Position numbers and translations under genes: made by a program. Positions 1 to 11,561 of a stretch of DNA of 64,000 nucleotides are shown in pieces. The DNA is from Dirinaria sp. TL-2023a (taxonomy: Eukaryota), in NCBI GenBank assembly GCA_051941275.1, contig JAVEBF010000004.1, positions 1 through 64,000 on the forward strand, in the 5' to 3' direction. Under the pieces are notes generated by a model. That model saw only the letters and a program-made list of their open reading frames with translations. It did no database searches and had not been told where the DNA came from. Each line of letters opens with the position of its first letter. Position 1 is the stretch's first letter.

Positions 1-210
1 GCTTTGCTTGCGTGAAGAGAAGAGAGGTTTGAGAATAAAGATTAGCATGTTATAATTGAAAAGATATCAAGGAGATTGCTATTGGGCAATCTCTTGAAGG
101 TGGCAATGATAAGATCGAAATCCATGAACAATTGTAAGAGAATCATGAGACGTGACTTCGCTTTGGCTAGTAACATGATCCTAATTGGTCGTTTTCTTGT
201 ATTCATTGTC

Positions 211-1125
211 TCATTGATCGGCCTCTGCTCTTTCCCTCCGTCTTTGTTCAACCCACTTACCGAGGACGCTCCAAATCTCTTGCTTTTCATCAGGCCTCAT
301 TCCTGCTGCTAGACCGCTGGTAGTCGTAGCGACGAAAACCTTTGCACCGGGCCACTGATCCTCGCCTTCTGATACGAGGCCCATATTCTCCGATTCATCC
401 TGCCAGCCGTACCTGAATTCGTGCTTCGAGATCTTTTTGCCGTGGCGTACACGCCAGACGCTCTCCCAGATGCTTTTCCCCACAATAGCTACCGCTTCGG
501 GCCTGAATTTCCTGGTCTTCTCCTCGAGCACGGCAACCCCCTCGTCCATCTCTTCTTTGCTCAGCTCACTCGCGTCTTTGGTAGGGCGACTGACGATATT
601 CGTCAGACCCAGAGAGTATAGCTCAGGCATATCGCCATCTTCTTCCGGGCGGCAACGCCGTGGCGTGCAGCCCGAGCTGTGGAGGAGTTTCCAGAACAAG
701 TTCGACGGGTGGTTGTAGGCGTGACCGGTGGTAGCGGTGCGGATCCCGGGATTGACACCGATGAAAACACAGATCAGGCCCGGAGCGAGGGAGTCGGTCA
801 GATTGTTGACGAGGTGAGCGTACTTGCTGGGAGGAGCGTAGCCCTTCCCTTTCGGGGAGAACTGTACAGGCGATTGTTTCAACTTTTTGACAGGGGAGCT
901 ATTTGGAGATAGGAATGTCTCTAATGAAGCTTGATTGGTACGTTTCAAAGAGGTTTTTGGGGCGGCTTGTTGGAGCGGCGTAGCAAGGTTTGAAGCTCGC
1001 GTTAAGCGTCTAGATGTGCCAGACTCCGAGAAAAGGTATTTCGAGAAGGTGTTATTATTGAGTGGAGTAGCATTTTCTGAGCCATTATTTGCACCCAAGG
1101 TCTCTTCCACGTTGTTTGACTCCAT
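211..1125 (-). CDS. G/T(U) mismatch-specific thymine/uracil DNA glycosylase (TDG/MUG family, S. pombe Thp1-like)
   Basis: Single ORF of 304 aa with UDG family-2 motifs FIGVNPG, GHAY..PSNLFWKLLH.SG, GLTNIV.RPT and TTTSGLA. Confidence 0.93.
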   Translation of the reverse strand: MESNNVEETLGANNGSENATPLNNNTFSKYLFSESGTSRRLTRASNLATPLQQAAPKTSLKRTNQASLETFLSPNSSPVKKLKQSPVQFSPKGKGYAPPSKYAHLVNNLTDSLAPGLICVFIGVNPGIRTATTGHAYNHPSNLFWKLLHSSGCTPRRCRPEEDGDMPELYSLGLTNIVSRPTKDASELSKEEMDEGVAVLEEKTRKFRPEAVAIVGKSIWESVWRVRHGKKISKHEFRYGWQDESENMGLVSEGEDQWPGAKVFVATTTSGLAAGMRPDEKQEIWSVLGKWVEQRRRERAEADQ

Positions 1126-1975
1126 TGACGGTCCAATTGAAGAGATTCTGTTACTTTTCGAGAAGGCGGCATCGGCCCAGTGATCTCAGAAATCGCATTC
1201 CATGTTCCCCCTTTCGATAGTAAGATAAGGTACCTTAAGGTAACGCGTTCTTTAACCCTAAGGTACGAGTACTCCTGTTTTTCCCTAGTTTAGGGTTGAG
1301 TCAGACTGCTACCTTATTAAAAGAGAAACTATTTCCCATCTCATTCAACACGACCGAAACAGGTCTGACCGTCTCATATCTTCTTTGCTTTCAGCCTCGC
1401 AATAATAGTACCACAAGACAAAACTATTCTAGTTCACTCTAGCACTCGAGCCGCAAATAAAATAACGCGCAGTGAATAAGTCCCATCCATAGCTTCTGGC
1501 AAGCGAACAGCCTTGACAAGCAAGGTAACGCATTTGACCACTCCATCTCATTTTTTCTGCTCTTGTACCTAGGTCGAGTTCTTCTATATACTGTCAAGAC
1601 CCGCTTTTCCTAACGCTGTTTTGCGGAGTCTCTAAGAACTCTACATGCATTCAATGCAGATGTGCAGCGTTGAAGCCGATAACGCCGTTTTCATCATAAC
1701 ACAAATTTTGGTTCGTTCCAACTTCGATTATGGTCAAGTCTTGATATCGAATTCGCTTATCCAGAGGCGAGATTATTTTGTCTCTGGAGTCGCATCCTGA
1801 CTAGGAACTCGTCGGCGATCTAGCAATTCGAGAGCATCAATCTATCACGTTCCATTGGAGGCAGTACGCAGATTCTACTGTCAGGATTACCCCTATTATA
1901 TACAACATGATACTTCTCGACGACCTCGGACTTTGGTTTTATACGGCGCGCGCACCTAATGCAATCTAATTATAT

Positions 1976-2644
1976 TCATTCGGGATATGGACCATCATAC
2001 GTCTCCGCCACCATAATATAGCTGGGGTAATTCGCATTCACCGCCTCACCGGTAAAATTGGGCGTTGGCAGCTTCGCCAGATTCACAGCCGCAACGTTGC
2101 TCTTCCCGTCAGTATCATATCCACACCACCGCGCCATCGGCTCCAGAATGTGACTCCTACAGCGCGCAGACGTCGGTATTTGTGCACTCGTCTGCTCGTC
2201 GTCCGGAAGCCAAGTTCCAAAAGTGCAGTTTGGACCCCCAATCGACCACAACCATCGGCCGCGTTGGACTTGGGGGCTTTGCAGCTGGCTGCAAAGATTT
2301 TCTAGATTCCCATGACACGAGGTGTAATTGAGGATTTCCCCTGTATGGTCATTGATGCAATTGACACCGTAAGTGCCGGAGTTGCCTCTGCTAATGGGAC
2401 CCACACTGTAGTTTCCATCGGCGTCTTTGCTGGGCGCTGTAACGTCACCACAGGTAGAAATTGCGGGGGTACCCAGAGCAGAAGCAATGTGAGGGCCGCA
2501 TGGATCAGCCTGGTACTTCAATGGTGGCATTGGCTTTGAAGGGCCAGGAGGGCCAGGAGCACGTGAGTCGTCACTAGGATGCGCTGAAGCTATTATGACC
2601 GATATATAAACGGTAGTGGCAAGCACGAGGTAAAGATACATCAT
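1976..2644 (-). CDS. Small secreted cysteine-rich protein of unknown function
   Basis: 222 aa intronless ORF; hydrophobic N-terminus (MYLYLVLATTVYISVIIASA), Pro-rich linker, 8 Cys. Confidence 0.75.
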   Translation of the reverse strand: MMYLYLVLATTVYISVIIASAHPSDDSRAPGPPGPSKPMPPLKYQADPCGPHIASALGTPAISTCGDVTAPSKDADGNYSVGPISRGNSGTYGVNCINDHTGEILNYTSCHGNLENLCSQLQSPQVQRGRWLWSIGGPNCTFGTWLPDDEQTSAQIPTSARCRSHILEPMARWCGYDTDGKSNVAAVNLAKLPTPNFTGEAVNANYPSYIMVAETYDGPYPE

Positions 2645-4262
2645 CTAAAACGCACAGGCAATTGATGCTTGTGTAAAGCACCCATTATGCGTGGGCGAGC
2701 GACTAATAAATAATGAAACTAAGCCCAGAGGATTTTCAACGGCCACGACGTCTGCATCGTATGCGCAGCGCTCTCAACAATCGACGATGCATCATGTACT
2801 TTGTGTTACAGATATTCGAGCTAATGCACAGCTTCGAAAATAAAGAGCCTATTACTTTCATATCGCGAATCCTCCGCTAAAGCGCTCCACACGAATGAGG
2901 ACAAGCGTTTCGCGGCTCGCAAGGGATTCTCGGCCTTCCATTGATTCCATGAGTTAGAGCAACTATTCCACATATCATCGAATTCCTTCGCATCGGGAAA
3001 CACCCTCTGCATCGTCCACTCATCACCTCCAGGCGTCTAGGCACTTCGAAATTCCATGCCCACGGCTCAATCCCGCGCTCAACCTTTCCGACAGCACATC
3101 TGTTTCTTTTGGATCTACATCCATTTCCTATTTCCGAAGCTTTCATTTAAGGTCTGAAGAAACTTGGGCGTGTGGTAACTGGTGTAGAGCCTGAGCATGG
3201 CGAAGCACCGCTGCCGTCTCTCGGTCCGGAGACCGATTTTAAGTTTACGAGATGTGAAAGTCATGGCTGTGCTGAACCTTTTGATGAGAATTGATAGAGA
3301 TCTGGAATTGTGCTCAATGTTTAGGATGTATTTCTTTTTATGTCGGGTGGGTATCTTTCCGAACGAGAGAAAGATTTACATACCGGATACGAGTACGACA
3401 GATATCCCGGAATGAATTCGGTTTCGCTAAATTAAGTAAGCTCAACGTAACAGCGCTTCTAGTGGCACTAACAAGGAATAATTCTGTGTTCACAACCCTT
3501 CGGTTTATGCATGATTTCAACCAGAAAGCAAGAACATGCTGGAAGCTATCTCTCTGCATCTCATAAGAGTCTCAAACAGCACAACGAACAACATTCACAT
3601 CAATAGAACCAGCAAAATGATTAATATTATCTTCCTCCACCCTTTTCCTACGGATCAAATGATCTGGACAGCGTAAAATTGTTCATGTGGAAGAGAGATA
3701 TAACCCGGAGCGCACGCCGGTGGTAAGTAGTGAAACGAGCATCCAAAAAAGGAGAAGAAGAAAAGACTTTCACCAAAGAAACATATAATCCAAGAGATAC
3801 AATCCACGTAAAGCAGAAGAAAAAGAAGAGTTTCCAGCCAAAAATAAAACAGCCACCTTCCCTCTCGGAATCAAAGGACATTTTGACTGAAGAATCAGAC
3901 AAGAAATATTGCCGATTCCAACCCTCTCCTTACCAAATCCTCTCTCCTCTCAAAACATCTTCCTTCCGACACCTCCTCCCTCTCTCCCTTCCTTTTCCTC
4001 TCCACTTTTTAGTCTTTTTTAAATCTATCTATATCTAGGTCTCCTAGCATCACTTGAAAGTTTCAGGACCTTTAGGTCTCTTTTTTTTTTTTTTTTTTTT
4101 TTTTGTTTGTTTGTGTGTGTGGAATGAATAACTATATCACTTCCCGTCCCATCAAGGATTCTGCTTCACATGCATGCATTGATTTGATTCAGCTATTGGA
4201 GTGGGAGGAAGGCGAGAAGGGAGGGGAAACCAAAAAGAGGCTCCCCTTTATCTTAAGATAGC

Positions 4263-4741
4263 AGAGAAAGGGGGGCAGGAAGCTAACCGCTTTCGGACTT
4301 CACAGAGTGTTTTGTCGGGGTGTAAACATGTCTCGGGTAGTAGTTTTTCGAGGTATAAACGCAGTCGCAATAATGCTGCTAGCGCCTGGAAAGTCATTAA
4401 AGAAGAAACACAGGGCAGATCTAACCTCTTTCAGGCTTCACAGAGTGTTCTGTCGGGTTGTAATCGTCCTTCGGGTAGTTTTTCGAGAGACAATCATAGT
4501 CCTAGTGCTGCTAGCGCCGATTAAAATCATAAAGATGGAGGGTAAGGTAAGGTAAGGTAAGGCACCTTACAGCTACCTTACATTAGAGAAAGGGAGGAAT
4601 GAGCTAACCATTTTCAGGCTTCACAGAGTATTCTGTCGGGTTGTAATCGTCCTTCGGGTAGTTTTTCGAGAGTCAATCATAGTCCTAGTGCTGCTGCTAG
4701 CGCCGATTAAAGTCATAAAGATGGAGGGTTAAGGTAAGGTG
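4263..4741 (+). repeat. Three imperfect direct copies of a ~140-160 bp unit
   Basis: Core CTTCACAGAGT.TT.TGTCGGG.TGTAA...TCGGGTAGT...TTTTCGAG...TGCTGCTAGCGCC at ~4298, ~4436 and ~4619. A poly-T run lies upstream at 4081-4104. Confidence 0.9.
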
Positions 4742-5705
4742 AGACATCTTATGTACAGATACCGCAGGGTTTGATTATATGGATTGATTGGTTGGCTGGC
4801 TGGTTGCAGAACACACGCGAATGAATCAAGCGTTCATAAGTAGTTTGAGATCTTATTACAAACCGCGATATTTTCAGAACGAAGCAGAGAGTTGGCTTCT
4901 AGACTAGACCTCCCTTTCTTAACTTTTTTTTGGGTATGAAGGCGTGAGCAAGAAGTATACTTAGGTACTATGGGTAGTTAAGATTACGCACATATGAAAG
5001 GTATTATGATGGACTTAACTGTACGTGATCACATTCCCAAATGAGGCGAGACAAGACTTCTACAGCTCATGAGAGAGATGGTATTATTTCTAGACGAGAT
5101 AACTTTTTTTTACATTGATTTTGTGCCCGTTAATGGATGTTATTTGAGATACCTAGTGTATGGTACTCGTACTCAGCTCTTGAGTAAGGTACGTAGATAG
5201 AAAGGGTTGCAATTTTGCTTCGGATTTTATGTGGATATCTTTGATAAGTACAGTACTTATGCTAGCTCTCTAGGCTCGATCAGCTGTGATGATTGATCAC
5301 GATCGATAGACTTCGGTCTGGGATGGGAAGGAGGGAGGAGGGACTGGGGGGGTGTAGCAGCGTTGGGACGAGGTCACGAATGATACATGTAGTTATACAT
5401 TAAATTGCTTCAAGCAGAGTAAAATCTCGAAGCTACATGTTTTTGGACCGCGGGCTCCATATTCCTCCAATTGAGTAATCGAGGTTGTGAGAGCGGAGAA
5501 AAAGCAAGCAAGCTGGCTATTCCTTTCGGGTTGCGAGAGATTTGTATGCTTTTGACTGGAAAAGGGAGCAACCGATGATTTTTTTCGAATGGTGACAATA
5601 ACAACATGAAGCAAAGTGCAGAGTGGTATAAAACGCTCAAAAATTCGATTGCAAAAAGGAAGAGGAGGGCCTCTCGCCTGACCCTGATGGTCGGCTTAAT
5701 GTAAA

Positions 5706-8700
5706 TCAACTGGGTGTCACGACTCGGCTCCTGTTCAGGAAACTTTTCCTCTGCGCCGCCCGAGGGCTGTCTTTCAGGCTTCTCTCTTTCAAACTCTCTT
5801 CCGCATGGGTAAATGTGGTTTTCAGAGTGACTTGGCCGCTACCGACGTTGACGGTCTTCTCGCTTCCAGTCGCCGAGTCGTCGATGAAGAACAAGGCCTC
5901 ACCAAGTGTTTCGTCTCCGAAAGTTTTGTCGTTTTTCACCACGAGCTGGAATTGGGTGTCCGGTGCGCAGTTCACCTTGAAGTTCTCCGCCTCCCACTGC
6001 ACGGTGCCGCTCGTTGACTTTACCCCTTTGGTTTTGTGTACGTCTTTCTTGGGGGCCACCTGGCGTACATGAACTTGAACTTTGGCCGAAGGCGAGTAGC
6101 CGGCAGCTGAGATGATGCTGAACATAGCTGTGCCCGCTGCCGGTTTACTGGGAGTTCCACCAGCTGCACTTGCTATTGAGGCTCCTCCAATGCTTCGAGT
6201 CCGCGTATGTGGCGGGGTTTGTGGTGCCTGAGAAGGGCTTCGCTCGAATATTGGCCCAGGATTATCTGGACGGCCTAGAGGGACACCATCTGACACTGGC
6301 TCCTCGTCTTCTGACTTGACAGTGCCGTTCGGTAGTATTTCACGGCTGTCCTTCTTACTCTTGAAACCATGGCGAAGGAAAGAAGCTCCTTTGACGACTC
6401 CTCCACCTACCATACCAACGCCTTTGACAGGCGCACCAATGACCTTTCCTGGAGCAGCAAATGTTCCTGAGAAGGTAGATGAGCCTTGACGTGACCTGCG
6501 TACATAGTCTGGCTTGAACAGCATTTTGAGCCTCAGCACCCCAGATTTGCCGTCAAGTCCCAGAACAATTTCTTTGGGCTTGAAGGGTTCCAGAATTTCG
6601 AGGTTGATCTTTGCTTCGCCAAGAAGATCGGCTTTTTCACCAAAATCCCAGTCCAGGACCTTCACTTTGAAGTCGGCGGCCGTGCGTGAGCTGACAGGGC
6701 ACTCGAAAAATTCATTCCAAGCTGGATGTAGGGTTTTCTTCTGAATTTTGGTCTTGTATACTTCTTTGCCGTTTAAGTCGAATTTGCAGTATGGGTCGCT
6801 AAAACCATTACGATCGGCAGCAGGTAAGTCATCAGCATCCAAGACGTCAACTCGTAGATTGCCCATGTTGTTGATGCTTTCGCTAGGATCAAGATGCATC
6901 TTGACCGGTACGTATCTCAAGCTAACAGTGACCCTGCTAACAGCGCCGTCAGAACCCTTCATCACCAGCTCGGTTGGCTTGTACTATCATTCATCGTCAG
7001 CGATTGTTCACGTCATTTCAGAACTAAATGGACAAACCAAGCATCTCTGAAGAGTATCTATGGTGCTTCCCTGTAATTGGGCAATGGTGTCTTCTGAATC
7101 ATTGTCCCCTTTTTTGTCTTGTTTCTCTTTGAGTCGCAAAGTAATACGAGAAAAATCGAGTTCTCTGACGAAGGCATCTCCAGCTGTAAAGCACTGTCAG
7201 CGTTTGGGAAGAAAATGATATGGGTTTGCTCATACTTTCGCCGAATTCAGTTTGCCTCGTTCGGGTTTTACCCGTGGAGTAAGAAGGGAATGCATGATCA
7301 TCCATGACAATCTCGAGGCGCACACCAGAATGGGCAAAACTTCCTTGGATAATGTTGAAAATAAGTAGGCCGGATTCTAGAAAGCAAAAGTCAATCATTC
7401 AGTCCTCCGGATGGAATTGGTGTGACCCACCGTATTTGAACAATTCTTCTGGCGTCAATCGTAGCTTAGGCGGGAGTTTGATCTTATCTGTCTCCTCCTG
7501 CTCTCTTTCGTTTCTCGAGAGCTGCTTCGAAAGACTCATGTCAATCTTACCGGGTTCCCTTTCTTTATCGGAGACTGTTACGGAGCCATTCTCTAGACTC
7601 TTCCGTGATCCTGCTTCGATGCTTGGCCGGCTGCCATCGACGGATGATTGCCTCTTCTCGTTCTCCTTATCCGCCTCTTCCTCTTCGGGATCGGCCAGGT
7701 TCAAAGTAGGATAGAACGCAGCCGTGAAATTTAATTTGCCCTTGGCAGCGCCTTTGCCACTGAGGCGCAGGTCTGCAGAAATCGGCTTCTTATCATCGTG
7801 AACGACGTATTCGCCATTCTCAGCTTGTCGAATGTATTCGGCTGCAGCAAGTTCGAAAAGCCCGAGCGAACGATCTTTGCCAAGATTCTCTTGATCCATC
7901 ACCTCAAGAACCAGCTTTTCGCGCGTTGAGTGTACGGGCACATAGATAACCTCATCCCAGTCCGGGTTGAGATTGTTCTGAAACGTGACTGTTTTGCCTT
8001 TTTCCACTCCAGACAGCAAGACGCGCACATATGGATCAGACTTGCCCATGGTCTCCAAATTGCGCAAGTCACGGGCGTTCTGACAGTGTATCCTCATGAC
8101 ACCAATTGGAGTGAGGTAGCCACCAGAACCTCCGGTGACGCCCTTGAGAGCAACTGGTTTCCACTGCAGCATCAATTTTGCCCGTCCAGTCTTGGCCCCT
8201 GCTAGATTGTACCATTCTTGACCCTTCTCCATCAATTGCAGCATGTCGTCGACCTTGATCTGGTAAGTCCCCAAAATTGGGTCGGCAGCGATGTCTCGGT
8301 CGTCCTTGATGACTAGGCCAAGCCTGGCTGCTTTACGATCGGTGATCAGCAACTCCTTGGAGCCATTATCCCATACAGGCGCATTCGTCCGTTTGAGCTT
8401 CCGGGTCTGATGAATCTCTTTGCCATTAAGTAACAAAATCGCATAGGGATTCAGTGTGCCAATCAAGCTCTTACTGCCGTCAAGATCCTTAGCTTGCTCA
8501 ACAGTGAATCTTGCGATACCAGTGTTCGACTCCGGCGCTTGCTCAATCGTCCCATCCTCGAGTTTATTGCCTTCGAGGATTGGGAAGAAGCGAACGTCGG
8601 CTTGGACAAGACCACGCGACTTGCCGTTGGCTGTTACCTCCAATCGGAGATTCTCGTGCTCCGTACTCTGCTCCAGCTGATCCAGTGCGAAGGTTGCGAC

Positions 8701-10487
8701 ACCCATTTCCTTGTCCTTGCGGTATTCGTTCCAGTCGTACACTTGCAGCGTCAAAGAATCCGTGAGAGAGGTAATGATGAGGTGCATGGTCTCGTTCCAG
8801 CGGGGGTTAGCATTCTCCTTCACAGTCTTAGTCCTCCCAAGCGCGTTTCTGCTATTCAGCGACACTACAGCGTAGGGGTCTGGCGTTCCCGCAAGCTTGT
8901 CTGGGTTTTTCAACCCTTGGGCACCATGAACAGTTACTGCCAGAACGCCGATAGCCTGATCAACAGGATTGCCCGCGAGCATCTTCGCTATCTCAATGGG
9001 GAAAACATTAGGGTCGTACATAATAGGCGCAAGGTTCCCATGTATCTGCTCCTTGATGAAAGATTCGAGTCCTGGGATGAAGTTGATGTCGACCCCCAGC
9101 ATGTCGCCTCCAAGTGGCTTGCAAACATAGTCTATCTCCGGCTTGCCGAGGAAACAGATTTCTACCTTTTCGATATGAGGAAAGGGTATCTGAAGCTTCA
9201 CCTTTACCCTCATAAGTCCAGAGAATGCCATGTCTTCGACAATAATATCTAAGCCCTTGCTGATCACACCTTTTCCAACCCTGATCTCCAATACTATTTT
9301 GGGATTGACCTTGTTCTTTAGCTGTCTTGCGGTAAGGTCCAATACGTCGTTGGGCGTGAAGCTGAACTTCCAGTCCATCAGCACTGTGTCATCCTCCGCT
9401 TTGGGATAGGTTTTGACATGATCCATTCGGGGAGGCTTCGAGCCTAAGGTGAAGAATTTGAGTCGCAAGCTGTCTAGGAAGGCTGGTGTGGACGTGCTCA
9501 GAACTTGATCAACGGAATTGACTATGGTGGTGCAAAGCACTGGCGCATAGATAGGCCAAAACTTGACTAGGAAGCTGTTAATCCATTCCAGGCTCTCGTG
9601 ATCCGTCTCCAACCGAGCCTTTGCCATCTCTCGATGCACATCGTCCCGAAAATTTCGGCGAACGCGGCGGATAGACGTCCGGTAATATGTGCCACAGATC
9701 GCCATGATGATGAAGACCCATGCAAGACCACCACCAACTATAGCAACTACCCACGAAGCGAGGCAGGCAAATACGATCACTCCTGTATTATGGTACCAAT
9801 CTGCTTCGAAATCAGTACTCCGCTCACTGAGGATAATCGGCGCCAATTTCCTACTGACCTCCGAAGAATTTCTCGTCCAGCTTGCTCTCTACCCAAGTTT
9901 GGTGATCTAACAAGTTCTCTTCAGCCTCCGCCTCTGTGATGCTTCCCTGACCAAATCTGGGCGCCCAGCCAGTCTTTTCGACGAATTGAGCGCTTTCATC
10001 ATGATGAATGTGTCCATTGGGCGCGCCGGGTTTGCGAGGCGTTGTCGGAGATGGAGGGACAGCACCATCTGTGGTGGGTGGAGGGAGGTCGTACTGGTCT
10101 GGTGTGCCATCGTCCTGTAAAGTTTGTGTTAGAGGTGTTGCTCGAATTGGGGACCAGATAGTCGCATACGATGTCGGTGGCTACGCCTGTGGCCTTTGGT
10201 TTTCGGTCGTGGTGAAAGCCCGCTGGTACACGCTGTCTTGCATCAGCATTTCGAGCCTTCGTCTATCAATGATTGAGAGAAGTAGGCACCGAGCGAGCTT
10301 GGGCAGCTTTCTCCTCCGGGGTTGCATCGGGATCGAACTGAAAAGCTGCGATTCCAGCTTTCTTGGATTCATTGGCCATCACCTGTTGGGCGTCTTGCGA
10401 GCTCACATCACTGTTGGGGTCTTGAGCTGCTTGAAGGGCGCCTTCAGTCTTGAGCTCCCCCGCGCGGGATGAGAGGTTGGACATCAT
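5706..10487 (-). CDS. TCB: Tricalbin / extended synaptotagmin (TM hairpin, SMP domain, multiple C2 domains); multi-exon
   Basis: SMP motif ESLEWINSFLVKFWPIY, several C2 motifs (GTPDPY, GKSDPYV, GFSDPYC). Introns at ~10233-10289, 10115-10169, 9801-9858, 7377-7430, ~7184-7235 and at least one more near 7.0-7.1 kb. ATG at 10487. Confidence 0.93.
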
Positions 10488-11561
10488 TTTGAATATATGC
10501 AAGCGCTGCCTTAGCTCTTCGAGAACAACTACTATTGCTACATAGGGATTGGTGAGTGGTGCCAGGCACAGCTCCACGTGGAATTTGAGGGCGCCTTGGG
10601 GAAAGGTGAATGGTGAATGTAACAATGTAAAGTAGATAAAGTAAGGTAGATAAGAAGTAAAGTGAAGACTTGGTTACTCGTACTGGAATCGGGCAAGCTC
10701 GCAGTCCACAACCACGACCCTGGAAGCCAAGAAGCCAAGAAGCCTTGGCACCCAAACCCGCCTTTTAATTCCTCCAGCCGCCGATCAGCCGATCAGCCGA
10801 CGCTAGGATCTTGCTTATTTTTCCCTGGCCAATCAGCACGTAGTCCTCTCCGGATCATCAATCACACGCGACAGGACAGGAGGGACCGAGGGACATGTTG
10901 GAAGTGTGTGAACATTTATTGAAGACCATCTTTCGAACGTGACAATGGCTACATGTTGTCATCGACTTGTAAGGTAAGGTACTTCTGAAGTCCAACAATG
11001 ACTAGACAGCGATCGTCGACTTTCAAGTCGCGCAGAAGGCCAAATTGAGGCATCACTTCGAAGCATGGCTCACGGTTTGGATTCTGTCCATTGATGTGTC
11101 CTTGAAGTGAAACTGATCCTATTTCGATTAAATCAACCGCTATACCGAAGTCTGTGGTGATAATGTAAAGAACTAACAGATTTTTGGCAACGCTGAAATA
11201 AAGAATGACCACCACATTACTTAGCGCACAGGTTTTCCTACTGTACATTCTCCGAATCTCCAATCGCAATTTCCCTTTTCGAAAAATCGTGGCACGTAGC
11301 TGCCTTTTTTGCGTACTTCAATAGATTCTTCCTCATGTATATGTGGAATCACTTATGTTGACGTGGTTCCATATCTCCCTTTCCTTACAACCCTATACTG
11401 TTGGGCAGACGAGCGACTTTATATCTCTTAAGTTTATTTCTTAACTTGACGTTCTACTAATTCAATTCCCTAAATCCGTTGACCTGCAAGAACGCCGCAT
11501 TGCATGTGGTAGTACTGCTCGGCTCGACAGGCAGAGATCTAGGAGGTCGTCAAAGCCACGT

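Noticed and set aside
2821..3146. Short Trp-rich minus-strand ORFs
   Set aside because: Too short, no consistent gene model or motif.
8494..9252. 252-aa plus-strand ORF and other long antisense ORFs (e.g. 13662-14240, 39724-40359, 46981-47490)
   Set aside because: Shadow ORFs opposite well-supported genes; no recognisable motifs.
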